A DNA stretch of 64,000 nt from a virus (lineage: Duplodnaviria > Caudoviricetes). A program made the translations under genes and the position numbers. Positions 9,839 through 18,814 of the stretch are shown here, piece by piece (positions within the stretch are counted from its first letter, which is position 1; each line of letters starts with the position of its first letter). The notes under the pieces were generated by a model that saw nothing but the letters and a program-made list of their open reading frames with translations, had not been told where the DNA came from and ran no database searches. The stretch lies in IMG/VR virus record IMGVR_UViG_2929701070_000001, positions 1 to 64,000 of that record, one strand, 5' to 3'.

Positions 9839-9860
9839 GGTGCCTCCGGTCGGGGTCAGG

Positions 9861-10118
9861 TCAGCGGATGGCGCCGGCGGGAATCAGCCCGAACTCTTCG
9901 AGCCGAGCCACGGACATGAACACGTGCGGCTTTGCGAGGCGGGTGCGCCTGCACAGCCCGTCGAGGGTGATGTCGCCGGCGCGAATGCACTCGTCCAAGT
10001 CGTGGATGTGCGGCCACGCTGCGATCAGGTTGAGAACGTGCTCGTCGTTGGGCGACATGCGCACGTCGAGGGGGCCGACGATCGCCGCGAACGCGATCGG
10101 TGGGCTGCTGCGCCTCAC
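9861..10118 (-). CDS. small wHTH-like protein
   Basis: LDGLCRRTRLAKPHVFMSVARLEEFGLI. Confidence 0.5.
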   Translation of the reverse strand: MRRSSPPIAFAAIVGPLDVRMSPNDEHVLNLIAAWPHIHDLDECIRAGDITLDGLCRRTRLAKPHVFMSVARLEEFGLIPAGAIR

Positions 10119-10615
10119 CGGCCCGACTCCGCGTACCGGCGCAGCGCCAGCTCGAACGGCACGTCGTCTTCCTCGCAGTGGTGGTCGGGGAAGTCCACGT
10201 CCGGGTGCCCGTCGCCCTCCATCGCCAGATTCACTGTCAGCCCGGCCTTCTCCGCGACCGCCAACGCCACCGAGGCTGGCGACGCCACCCGCTCGATCCC
10301 GAGGTCGTACACGTACCGGGAGTCTCGGCTGTGCGGGTCGTCCACGGTGTTCAGGAACCAGCCGCGGTCCTCGTTCCAGCCGACGTTCACTTCGTCGTGC
10401 GACCAGATCGGCTGCCCGTCGATGGTGCCCTGCCGGGTGAGGTCGAGGGCGATGTTGCCGTCGCGGGGTTGGTTCGGGTCGGCGTCCCAGTCAGCGACTG
10501 GGAACCCGGCCGCAGCCAGGGCTCGCGCTACCGCCCTGATGTACGGGACGTGGGCTCGATACCAGCCCGGACCCTCCCCGTACAGTTCGTTCATCGTCGG
10601 CGCGGTGCCGGTCAT
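10115..10615 (-). CDS. DUF6292-like actinobacterial protein
   Basis: YIRAVARAL ... WNEDRGW ... SPASVA pattern, recognised from memory. Confidence 0.6.
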   Translation of the reverse strand: MTGTAPTMNELYGEGPGWYRAHVPYIRAVARALAAAGFPVADWDADPNQPRDGNIALDLTRQGTIDGQPIWSHDEVNVGWNEDRGWFLNTVDDPHSRDSRYVYDLGIERVASPASVALAVAEKAGLTVNLAMEGDGHPDVDFPDHHCEEDDVPFELALRRYAESGR

Positions 10616-10812
10616 CGGGTGTCCTCCGTAGCGTGGTGCAGGAAGTGGTCGAGGCTGGAGATGCCAACACCCCGGTCGGAGATGTCCGGGTAGGAGGTCT
10701 CGTACTGCACGTTCGGCTTGCCGTGGATCGTGGTGATGCCGGTGACCGTCAGGGTGGCGCCGTCACAGTTCCGCGTCCACACGCTAGTCACGGCGGGAAT
10801 CGTGTCGGTCAC
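10612..10812 (-). CDS. hypothetical protein
   Basis: overlap packing. Confidence 0.5.
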   Translation of the reverse strand: MTDTIPAVTSVWTRNCDGATLTVTGITTIHGKPNVQYETSYPDISDRGVGISSLDHFLHHATEDTR

Positions 10813-11603
10813 GCTGACACCAGCTCCCGCAGAAACGGCATCGCTGGGATCGCCTCGGCTAGAAACCCGTCCGGCTCGGCCGTGAAGTGCGGCGCCGGAC
10901 CGGCCTCCCACCACGAGCGGAACGCGTCCACCGTCTGCTCCTCCTGGGTGCGCTTGTGGGTGAACGTCACCTGTCGCATCCCCGACGTCTTCACCACGAC
11001 CCGGCCGCGCTTGCAGCCGTCCGGGTAGTCGTTCCAGTTGATGCCCTTCTCCGACCACAGCAGCTCCTGCATCTGCCCGGTGTTCACGCCGTGCAGCCGC
11101 TTGTGGGAGAACTGCGCCTGCGCGGCCATGGTGATGGAGTTGCGGACACAGTCGCGCTGCCGCCAGATGAAGTAGTTCGCGACCTCCCGCGGGTCGGAGA
11201 TGGTGAACACCCGGGAGTCGAACAGCGCCAGCGCCACCTGCTGGGGCCGGCGGCGGGTCATCTTCGCCGACGCGAGCGCCGCCGACCCGGACACCATCTT
11301 CGCGACCACCCCGCCGAACCACGGCTGGGTGTGCGGAGTGGCGAAGTCGCAGGCGAGGACGCTGATCTCGTCGGACTGGGTGTAGGCGAACACCGCCCCG
11401 GCGATCTCCTGGCACAGATCCTCGGCGACCTGGTCCATGTCCTCCATGAACTGGTGGTCGTACGGCTTCTCGGCGCCGTGCAGGTAGGAGTGGAACGCGC
11501 GGCCGTCCACGCGGATGATCGTGTAGGTGCGTCGGGGCAGGACCGTGCGGGTGGCGGCCTCGTACGCCTTCATCCGGTCGCCGAGGCTGGTGTTGTCGCT
11601 CAT
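10809..11603 (-). CDS. tRNA(His) guanylyltransferase Thg1-like protein (3'-5' polymerase)
   Basis: GDRMKAYE, IIRVDGRAFH, YTQSDEIS, FDSR, YFIWRQRD, NWNDYP motifs. Confidence 0.93.
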   Translation of the reverse strand: MSDNTSLGDRMKAYEAATRTVLPRRTYTIIRVDGRAFHSYLHGAEKPYDHQFMEDMDQVAEDLCQEIAGAVFAYTQSDEISVLACDFATPHTQPWFGGVVAKMVSGSAALASAKMTRRRPQQVALALFDSRVFTISDPREVANYFIWRQRDCVRNSITMAAQAQFSHKRLHGVNTGQMQELLWSEKGINWNDYPDGCKRGRVVVKTSGMRQVTFTHKRTQEEQTVDAFRSWWEAGPAPHFTAEPDGFLAEAIPAMPFLRELVSA

Positions 11604-12022
11604 CGGACGGGCTCCCCAGTGATGTCCAGACGGGTGGTCCCGAGCCGGGCCGGGCGGATCCGCTCGGTGGCGTCGGTGAAGCCGAGCGAGTCCAGCAGCT
11701 CCCGCACGCCGTCGAGGGTGTCGGGCTTGTCCTCGGCCAGCGCCGCGAAGAACGGCGCGATCTCGGCGAGCGCGTCGAAGGACTCGCCGTACATCTTCAA
11801 CCGGATCGTGCCCGGCCGGATCTTGGCGCTGTAGTCGGCGATCGTGAACTCCCACGCGCAGCCGCCGGCCAGCGCCGCCTTATGCACGATGATCTCCGGG
11901 TGTGGGCTGATCTCCTTGACGGTGCCGGCGTAGTACCAGGCTTCGTGGGTGACCACGTACTCGTAGCGGTATCCCTCGCCGGGGTTCAGTGCCCGGACGG
12001 CGGCGTTCGTCGGGTCGGTCAC
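11600..12022 (-). CDS. hypothetical protein
   Basis: overlap packing. Confidence 0.65.
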   Translation of the reverse strand: MTDPTNAAVRALNPGEGYRYEYVVTHEAWYYAGTVKEISPHPEIIVHKAALAGGCAWEFTIADYSAKIRPGTIRLKMYGESFDALAEIAPFFAALAEDKPDTLDGVRELLDSLGFTDATERIRPARLGTTRLDITGEPVR

Positions 12023-12624
12023 GGCTGCCGCTCCTCGCCCTTGCTGGCGGCACGCCGCTCGTGGATGATCTCCACGCATAGCGTGCGCGCGGTGTCGTCG
12101 GCCGCCCCGTGCTGCTTCAACCACCCCATGATCTCCGTGCCGGACATGCCGCTGTCGGCCGCGACGCGCGCACCCACCGTGCGAAGATCGGCGATCTGGT
12201 TTTCCAGCAGGGTGACCTGCCGGTCGATGTCCGCGAAGGTGCCGATGTCCCCGCCCGTTGTTCCTGCGCCGGCCGAGAGGGCGAGCCGCACGAGCGCGGT
12301 CAGGTCCCGGGCGTACAGCGGCTGCCGGTCCCGCACGTCGTACAGGCCGTCGCCGCACACCCCGATGTACTCGTTCACGCGCTCCGCGGCCCGCGCCAGG
12401 TCGGGCAGGTCCCGGGACTGCTCGGAGATGCCGTCCGGCTGGTCGGGGATCTGCGAGGCGTTGGCGCTCTGCTCGTGGCTGCGGGCGAGGTCTCGGGCGG
12501 CGTGACTCGGTAGGACCGGACGGCTGCCGTCACCGCAAGAGCACGACCACCTGTAGCTGCCGGTGGTCGGGTCAGGGCTGACATCGGTGCGGTGCTCGGC
12601 GGTGGAGCTGGTCGTGGTGGTCAT
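12019..12624 (-). CDS. hypothetical protein
   Basis: AC-rich leader plus GGAGG; N-terminal CSCG...H. Confidence 0.7.
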   Translation of the reverse strand: MTTTTSSTAEHRTDVSPDPTTGSYRWSCSCGDGSRPVLPSHAARDLARSHEQSANASQIPDQPDGISEQSRDLPDLARAAERVNEYIGVCGDGLYDVRDRQPLYARDLTALVRLALSAGAGTTGGDIGTFADIDRQVTLLENQIADLRTVGARVAADSGMSGTEIMGWLKQHGAADDTARTLCVEIIHERRAASKGEERQP

Positions 12625-12663
12625 GGCAACCTCCGGTGGTTGGTGGTTGGTGGTTGTGGTTGG

Positions 12664-12999
12664 TCACGGCTGGTACAGCGGCATCGACCGGCCGGCGTCG
12701 GTGAACAGCCGCTCCGCGTCGGCGGCCGGCATCACCATGGCGAGCAGGAACCGCAGCTGTGACTGCTCGATCGGGGTGGCGTTCGCGCGGATCCGGGCGA
12801 CCGACTCGGTGTCGGTGGGCAGCGGGACGTGACCGGCGAGCACGTCGGCGATGTACTGCTCGGTGGCGGCGCCGTACTGGTTCGTCGGCATGGCCTCGGC
12901 GGCGGACCGCGCGCTGCGGGGGTAGCGGCGGGGCATGCCCGACGGGTGGGGCAGCGGTCCGGCCTCGGTGATGATCTGCGCGGTGGTTCTGTCGGTCAT
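12664..12999 (-). CDS. hypothetical protein
   Basis: GGAGG SD. Confidence 0.65.
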   Translation of the reverse strand: MTDRTTAQIITEAGPLPHPSGMPRRYPRSARSAAEAMPTNQYGAATEQYIADVLAGHVPLPTDTESVARIRANATPIEQSQLRFLLAMVMPAADAERLFTDAGRSMPLYQP

Positions 13000-13040
13000 G
13001 GCGACCTCCGGGACTCGCTGGTGGTTGGTGTCCATGCCGG

Positions 13041-13337
13041 TCAGCTCGCCCAGAGGGCGCGGGCGGCGGCCAGCACCGCCGTGTCGACCATCTGGCGAGC
13101 GTGGTTCACGCCGCCACGGACCTCGCCAACGCGGGTGGTGATGTGCTCGACGGTGCTGGCGCGGTGGCCGGCGTCCAGGGTCAGCAGCCGCATGAACGTC
13201 AACCCGTAGTGCCGCTGCGTCTCCGCGAGCTCCGCCGCGATCAGCGCGGCCGTGGCGGCGATGTCGCCGTTGAACCGGCCGGACAGGGCGTGGTGGGCGG
13301 CCTGGTACGCGGCCGAGTCGGTGCTGATCTGGGTCAT
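13041..13337 (-). CDS. hypothetical protein
   Basis: GGAGG SD. Confidence 0.65.
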   Translation of the reverse strand: MTQISTDSAAYQAAHHALSGRFNGDIAATAALIAAELAETQRHYGLTFMRLLTLDAGHRASTVEHITTRVGEVRGGVNHARQMVDTAVLAAARALWAS

Positions 13338-13442
13338 GACGACCTCCGATCGGTCGGGTGTGGTGTGTGGTTGGGGTTCAAGCACAGCATAGGTGGCGTG
13401 TCGACGGGCAGGCTATGGCCACAGCCAGCAAGTCACAGAAAG

Positions 13443-13892
13443 TCAGTCGCGCGCTGCGGCGGCAAGCAGAACGGCACGGGCTTTCGCGTACCGGCGCCGC
13501 AGAAACTCGGCGACCTCCGGCTCCAGCACCGCCAGCCGATCCGGCGAACTGTTATGGCTGTTATCCGCCAGCTTCACCAGCCGGCCGAGCAGGTCGGCGG
13601 CGGCACGCCGGATCATGTCCATGTACGTCTCGCCTTCCCGCCGGGACACGGCGTCCACCGCCGACACCACCGCCTCCGGGTAGCCGGCTGCCCGCAGGTC
13701 ATCCAACGTGACCGGGGTGTCCTCCACCACGTCGTGCAGCAGACCGGCCATCACCGCAAGGTCGCCGTGCTCTGCGAGGGCCGCCGCAACCGCCCGCGGA
13801 TGCTCAATGTACGGGCGCCCAGCCTTGTCGACCTGGCCGCGATGCGCCCGCTCGGCGAGCGCGTCAGCGTCGGCAACAGTCGGGCCGGTCAT
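13443..13892 (-). CDS. HD-domain protein, RelA/SpoT hydrolase (Mesh1/SAH)-like
   Basis: AHRGQVDKAGRPYIEHP, LLHDVVEDT, VKLADNSHN. Confidence 0.9.
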   Translation of the reverse strand: MTGPTVADADALAERAHRGQVDKAGRPYIEHPRAVAAALAEHGDLAVMAGLLHDVVEDTPVTLDDLRAAGYPEAVVSAVDAVSRREGETYMDMIRRAAADLLGRLVKLADNSHNSSPDRLAVLEPEVAEFLRRRYAKARAVLLAAAARD

Positions 13893-14200
13893 CGGGTGGC
13901 CTCCGCCCGCACCGTGGACGTGTAGCCGCGCGCCCACTCCGGCACCTCGGCCAGCCGATCGTAGTGGCGGGTCACCCTGATCGACGGATGTCCCACCGCC
14001 GGACCGGACACCCGCAGATGCCGGAACCGGCCGTTGCGGTACTCGACGGCCAGCACGTCCGGCTCGAACTCCGTCGACCGCGCCAACATGGTGGTGGGCA
14101 CGGGGGGTGCGTCGGTGATGGTGTACGTCTCAGTGACCGTCGTCGTGACCGAGCCGAACAGGCGGGACAGGAAGCCCAGGCGACGCCGGTCAACGCTCAC
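13889..14200 (-). CDS. hypothetical protein
   Basis: overlap packing. Confidence 0.6.
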   Translation of the reverse strand: MSVDRRRLGFLSRLFGSVTTTVTETYTITDAPPVPTTMLARSTEFEPDVLAVEYRNGRFRHLRVSGPAVGHPSIRVTRHYDRLAEVPEWARGYTSTVRAEATR

Positions 14201-14324
14201 TGCGCACCACCGGCGGTCGGGTCCTCCTGGATCCGCTTGCCCCGGGCGAACCTGCCCACCCGCTGCGACCAGCGGCGCACCTCCTGCTTGAGCCGGTCAT
14301 CAGCCAGCGGCGGCTCGGTGCCGG

Positions 14325-14588
14325 TCATCGCCGCCCCTGCGTTCCGTCCTCACGGGTCAGCCAAGACGTCTCAACGCCGTCCTCCACCCGGCCGCCGTCC
14401 CAACGCACCGACACCCGCCAGTACGGGTCGGCGAAGTGGCCGTACCTATCGCAGCGGATCACCGTTCCGACAACGTCGGGCTGGCGCCATCGGACGACGC
14501 GTTCGTTGTGCTCGGGTTCCCACTCTTTCAGCGGGGTGTGGTCCTGGTCGATGGTCATAATCGGTCCTTTCAGGTGGTGGCTGGTCAT
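14325..14588 (-). CDS. hypothetical protein
   Basis: protein-like ORF; start uncertain. Confidence 0.55.
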   Translation of the reverse strand: MTSHHLKGPIMTIDQDHTPLKEWEPEHNERVVRWRQPDVVGTVIRCDRYGHFADPYWRVSVRWDGGRVEDGVETSWLTREDGTQGRR

Positions 14589-14609
14589 CGGTTCATCTCC
14601 GGCTGCGGG

Positions 14610-16034
14610 TCAGCCGCGCGAGACGGCGGGGGAATCCTGGCTTGCTCGATACTCCGCGACGCGCTCCGCAAACTCCATCTCCGGTAGCACGGCAAGGTCC
14701 AGCGCGTCGGACACCTTCGGCAGCCGCACAAAACCTTCGCCGCGGACCCTCACGCCCACGAACATCAGGTTCCAGCCCTTACCGCCGCCATGGCCCTTGT
14801 TCCTGCGCTTGTACGCCGCCCGCAGCAGCGCATCACCACGGGCCGCGTCGACCCGCGCCTGCCCGCCGTCCCCGTCCCCGCCCGGCTGATGGTCCACTCG
14901 GGCGTCCCAGCCGGCCGCCGTCAACTTCTCGGCGAGCACCTGCGCGGCCTGCGGCACCGGCGAGCTCGGGTGCAGGGCCCCAGGGCGCGGCGCCGGAACA
15001 TCCACGGACGGCGGCCCAGCCTGACCCTCTCGTGCCTGCTCCAAAGCCTGCTGGAACTCGTCAGGGTAGGCACGCCGCAGCTCGTCGCGGGCAGCAGCGT
15101 ACACCGGCCCCAGCGTGACGTTCTGCCAGTCGGCGATCTGCCGCCGGAAGCGGCGAGTGAGGGTTTTCTGCTCCAGCCACCGCTGCTGCACGTGCGCCAG
15201 AAACCGGAACTGGTTGATCCGCCTGTACGCGGTGTCCTGGTCGAGACCGGCAACGGTCAGGTCAACGTCGGCGAGCGCCGCCATCGGCCGGTGCGGCAGC
15301 CCCAGCAGGTCGGCGGTGTTTTGCGCCAGCCGGTCCAGCGACTCACCCCACCGGTCCAGTAGCAGCGTGTGCGTCAGGTCGGGTTCCTCCGGTTCCTGCT
15401 GCACATCCCGCGCCACCACCTGGTCCAAGTCGAAGTCGGGTAGCGCCGCCAGCTTCCGCACCCGGTCAGTCAACGGTTGAGCTGGCGCACCTACCTGCAA
15501 AGCCCACAACGTCATCAACTCGGTGGTGTCGGAGTCGGCCCGCCGCGCCGCCGGATCCACCCCCGCCGCGTCCGCCGCCGCCACGAACATCTGCCGATAC
15601 TCGGCGAAATAGACGCCGATCAGCTTTTTCGTGGCCGCCCGCACGATCGGATCGTTGTCGGTGCCGTACGTGTGCGGGCGCCCACGAGATTCCCGCTTCG
15701 CATGCGCCCGAACCTTGTGCAGGCGGGTACGGACCGCAGTAAGCGCCTCTGTGTTGTTACGGACTCGCACCGCGTGCGGGCCATCCTCGTAGCGGGCCCG
15801 CAACACCGCCACCTGGAGATTCGCCTCAGCACCCGTCAAGGCGTCAATCCAGTCGTCACGCCACTCCGGCAGACGCAACACCTGACGCAACGCCGGCGGC
15901 GTCCCCTTACGGGTCGCCTCAGCCACCACGCAGGAGCAGAAGTTGTCGTAGCTGCTGCCGAGTAGGACGGCGATCTGCTCGGGGGTGGTGTCTTTGGGGA
16001 GGGCGGCGATGTCGCGGGGACGTAGCTTCGGCAA
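14610..16034 (-). CDS. hypothetical protein (474 aa, helical)
   Basis: GGAGG SD before TTG; long ORF. Confidence 0.75.
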   Translation of the reverse strand: MPKLRPRDIAALPKDTTPEQIAVLLGSSYDNFCSCVVAEATRKGTPPALRQVLRLPEWRDDWIDALTGAEANLQVAVLRARYEDGPHAVRVRNNTEALTAVRTRLHKVRAHAKRESRGRPHTYGTDNDPIVRAATKKLIGVYFAEYRQMFVAAADAAGVDPAARRADSDTTELMTLWALQVGAPAQPLTDRVRKLAALPDFDLDQVVARDVQQEPEEPDLTHTLLLDRWGESLDRLAQNTADLLGLPHRPMAALADVDLTVAGLDQDTAYRRINQFRFLAHVQQRWLEQKTLTRRFRRQIADWQNVTLGPVYAAARDELRRAYPDEFQQALEQAREGQAGPPSVDVPAPRPGALHPSSPVPQAAQVLAEKLTAAGWDARVDHQPGGDGDGGQARVDAARGDALLRAAYKRRNKGHGGGKGWNLMFVGVRVRGEGFVRLPKVSDALDLAVLPEMEFAERVAEYRASQDSPAVSRG

Positions 16035-16075
16035 GGGTGCCTCCGATCCGGGGTCAGCCGTGCAAGACGGCAGGT

Positions 16076-16501
16076 TCAGCCCTGCCGTCCGCAGTCGGCG
16101 CAGTAGTGGTCGGGCTTCGGGGCGTCACCGCACGCTGTGCATGTCGGCGAACCAGTCCCGGCGCGTTCAACGGCCGCGTCCGACTCCATGGTCATCGCAA
16201 CCCTCGTCCACGCGGTCTGGAACCCAGCGAGCGGATCCATCTCGAACACGCCGTCGGCACGCTGCCGGGCCAGCGGCCCCACCTCCACCACCTGCGACCA
16301 CAACACCACCTTCACGCCGGCGGAGAACTGGCCGATCGGCCACGAGTACAGGTCCAACCGGAACCCGTTGCTGTCGGCGGCGGTGACCACCCCGACCGGG
16401 CATTTCTTGTTGGCCAGGCCGACGGCGACCACGTCACCGGGCCGCAGGATCAGGTCACGGGCAGGGGCCGGGGTGTTGTCGGGGACGGGCTTCTTGGTCA
16501 T
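16076..16501 (-). CDS. hypothetical protein
   Basis: GGAGG SD. Confidence 0.7.
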   Translation of the reverse strand: MTKKPVPDNTPAPARDLILRPGDVVAVGLANKKCPVGVVTAADSNGFRLDLYSWPIGQFSAGVKVVLWSQVVEVGPLARQRADGVFEMDPLAGFQTAWTRVAMTMESDAAVERAGTGSPTCTACGDAPKPDHYCADCGRQG

Positions 16502-16539
16502 CGGTTACCTCCGGTTTGCGGTTGGTGGTCAGCGAGGAG

Positions 16540-16719
16540 CTAGTACGAGCCGTAGTCGCCGACCTCAATCTCGATCTCGGCGTACTCGGGCTTCTTCGCC
16601 AACTCGCGGACCTCGCCCATGAACTTCTGCCACGCGGCGCGGTCGATCTCGTCCTGCTCGTCGTTGTGGTTGGAGATGTTGTAAGCGAAGACCCGCATCT
16701 CCGCCGTCTTCCGACCCAT
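16540..16719 (-). CDS. small acidic protein
   Basis: GAGGAGG SD. Confidence 0.65.
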   Translation of the reverse strand: MGRKTAEMRVFAYNISNHNDEQDEIDRAAWQKFMGEVRELAKKPEYAEIEIEVGDYGSY

Positions 16720-16769
16720 CTCTGGTTCCTCCTCGTTCGGGACTTCGTTGCCTGTTGATGGCAGGTGCT

Positions 16770-16816
16770 GTAGCAAGTGCCAAGCAACTTGCTACCGGGT
16801 TGCTATGGAGTTGCTT
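16770..16816. promoter_or_regulatory. array of AGCAA/TTGCT boxes, probable operator-promoter
   Basis: GTAGCAAG ... CTTGCTAC inverted repeat plus TTGCTA and TTGCTT at about 10-bp spacing. Confidence 0.5.
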
Positions 16817-16819
16817 CGG

Positions 16820-17542
16820 TCAGCCGCGCGAGACGGCAGGGACGAGCAGGTCCGCGCGGCCATGCTCAATCAGGTAGGCCACGAGACGGGCGCGCGCCTC
16901 CGGGGTGTCGTTGTGCGTAACGTTGAACAGCGGACGCTCCGCCTTGATCGCCTCCCGCTCGGCGTCGAGCGCGTGCAGTCGGGTCGGCAGCCTTTGCACC
17001 GTTGAGTGGTCTGCGAACTCGGCCCAGGTCGAGCGCTTCGCATGGGCAGTCTGGCGCGTGGCGAGGTCGCCGGTAATGCCGATGTAGAGCAGCACATCGT
17101 CGGTGTCGTACCAGAAATACAGGGCGGTCAGGTCGCGGCGGATCTCGCGGAGGAAGTCGTTGAGGCTGGCCCGCTGCAACCACAAGGGTTCCGAATGAGT
17201 CGTCCGCCGCGGCATTCCGCGTTCGTGGGCGGCTATCAGGTCGGCCAGCACCTTCGGGCTGATGGTGTCGGACACCCGCTGGGCGAGGCTGTCAGGGGTG
17301 ACCTCATCGCCGGCACTGCACATCGCCAGCATGGTTTGACAGATCACCCGGTGGTCGCCATCGAAGTCCGATGGCCGCAGGTCTTCGGAAGCCGCATCGA
17401 TCAGCTCCGCGCCGCCATGCAGCAGCACCGTGAGCGCGCACCCCTCCATGCTGTGGCGCCACTCCTTGCCTTCCGGCCGGTGGGCGTCCAACTCGGGGGG
17501 CGTCAGGGCGAATGGCAGCGGATAGCCATCCCGGTTGGTCAT
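16820..17542 (-). CDS. DnaB N-terminal-like domain fused to GIY-YIG-like nuclease
   Basis: LRPSDFDGDHRVICQTMLAM (DnaB-N-like); ALYFWYD..VLLYIGIT..R..H ... AEREAIKAERPLFN (GIY-YIG). Confidence 0.7.
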   Translation of the reverse strand: MTNRDGYPLPFALTPPELDAHRPEGKEWRHSMEGCALTVLLHGGAELIDAASEDLRPSDFDGDHRVICQTMLAMCSAGDEVTPDSLAQRVSDTISPKVLADLIAAHERGMPRRTTHSEPLWLQRASLNDFLREIRRDLTALYFWYDTDDVLLYIGITGDLATRQTAHAKRSTWAEFADHSTVQRLPTRLHALDAEREAIKAERPLFNVTHNDTPEARARLVAYLIEHGRADLLVPAVSRG

Positions 17543-18399
17543 GCCGTACCCCTTGTCTGCGCCTGAAACGCGGATTCAAGGGGATCCTTGAACCACCGCG
17601 GCCAGTTCGGTGAGTAGTGCTGCGCCATCCACTTGTAGCTGAGCACGTCGATGATGTGCGCCGCGTGCTCGCCCTTGAGGTCGTCTGGGTCCATGCGTTC
17701 AACCTGGCGGATGGCCTCGTTGCGGCACTCGCGGTAAATCTTGGGCCGCTTCCGCTCGACCGCTAGCAGGTGTCGGCGTCGCAGATCCGGGTCCATGGCG
17801 TCGATGACGGCATAGACCTTCCGCATCTGCTGCTCCTCTGCGTCGCTGTCGTCTGCCGCCTCGGCGGCAGCGAGCGAAGCGAGCGACACGGAATGTTCGT
17901 CGGACAGTCTTTGATCTTCCGTGTTTGTATCCGTCTTAGTGTCCGTGTTCTTAGTAATGGACCGGCCTGCCGACGTCTCGGTGCCCCGACGGTCCGGATT
18001 TCCGACGTGCCGGTCACCCGACGACTCGGGAGGCCGACGGTCCGGTCCTCCGACAGTCCGGTTTCTGGTACGTCGGGCGTCCGGTTCGGGCTGGGGCACG
18101 TCGCACACCGACATGACCGTGGTCCAGTGGCCGCGCTCGTCTGCCTCTCGGATGTACCGGACGTAGCCGATCGTGGCGAGTTCGGCGACAGCGGCGCGCA
18201 TGGCTGCCCGGCCCTCGGTGGCGTCGCCGCGTTCACGGGCGGCAGCGACGAGCTTGTCGACAGTGGTGTCCCAACCGTCGGGGTACGACAGCAGCTCAGC
18301 CAGTAGCCCTCTGGCCCGCCAGCTCAGGCGGTAGTCGCGGAGGGCGGCGTTGGCGATCGGCGTCCACCCATCCTCGGGCATAGCGCGGCGCACCTTCAC
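17539..18399 (-). CDS. phage replication initiator (HTH, lambda O-like organisation)
   Basis: WTPIANAALRDYRLSWRARGLLAELLSYPDGW ... ELATIGYV; internal iterons. Confidence 0.8.
   Translation of the reverse strand: MKVRRAMPEDGWTPIANAALRDYRLSWRARGLLAELLSYPDGWDTTVDKLVAAARERGDATEGRAAMRAAVAELATIGYVRYIREADERGHWTTVMSVCDVPQPEPDARRTRNRTVGGPDRRPPESSGDRHVGNPDRRGTETSAGRSITKNTDTKTDTNTEDQRLSDEHSVSLASLAAAEAADDSDAEEQQMRKVYAVIDAMDPDLRRRHLLAVERKRPKIYRECRNEAIRQVERMDPDDLKGEHAAHIIDVLSYKWMAQHYSPNWPRWFKDPLESAFQAQTRGTA
17970..18061. repeat. iterons, probable replication origin
   Basis: CCGAC-N4-CGG at 17970, 17986, 18002, 18018, 18034, 18050 (exact 16-bp period) next to an AT-richer tract at about 17905-17960. Confidence 0.85.
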
Positions 18400-18446
18400 G
18401 GGTTGACCTCCCGTGATCGCACACCAGTTCGCAAGGTACTTTTCAT
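18396..18446 (-). CDS. putative 16-aa leader peptide coupled to the initiator
   Basis: ATG..TGA overlapping the initiator GTG; SD inside hairpin CGGAG-AGGTAG-CTCCG. Confidence 0.45.
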   Translation of the reverse strand: MKSTLRTGVRSREVNP

Positions 18447-18522
18447 GTGGGCGGAGCTACCTCTCCGTCAAGTCGTCCCTGGGGCTGTCGTTGCGAGCGC
18501 GGTTCCAGGGGCGCACTTGTCT

Positions 18523-18783
18523 CTAGGGGTTGTCGGTTCGTCCCTCGGCCTGGAGGGCGGCTGCCTTCCGTGCCTTTCGGGTGAGGTCGTAGACGACCTG
18601 CGCCGACGTGTCGATGTCGACCGCGACCTGTGCCGGCTTCCGGCCGGCGTCCAGCTCGCGCTGGAGCCGTTGTCCGCGGCGCAGCCCCCAGAACTGCATC
18701 TGGTCGCGGTGGTAGGCGATCTTCTCTTGGATCAGGCGATCGGCCTCCTTTACGGGGAGGGCGTCGTAGTCGGGTTCCGTCAT
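18523..18783 (-). CDS. small HTH regulator
   Basis: GRKPAQVAVDIDTSAQVVYDL; divergent from strong promoter. Confidence 0.65.
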   Translation of the reverse strand: MTEPDYDALPVKEADRLIQEKIAYHRDQMQFWGLRRGQRLQRELDAGRKPAQVAVDIDTSAQVVYDLTRKARKAAALQAEGRTDNP

Positions 18784-18814
18784 GAGATCAAAGACTACTG
18801 GCGAAACCCTACCC

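Larger units (their letters stand above)
14607..16840. repeat. three copies of a 24-bp direct repeat (14607-14630, 16051-16074, 16817-16840)
   Basis: consensus GGTCAGCCGCGCGAGACGGCAGG; 21-22 of 24 identity between copies. Confidence 0.85.

Noticed and set aside
13441-14368. Further copies of the 24-bp repeat near 13441 and 14354
   Set aside because: Partial matches explainable by GC content and stop-codon context
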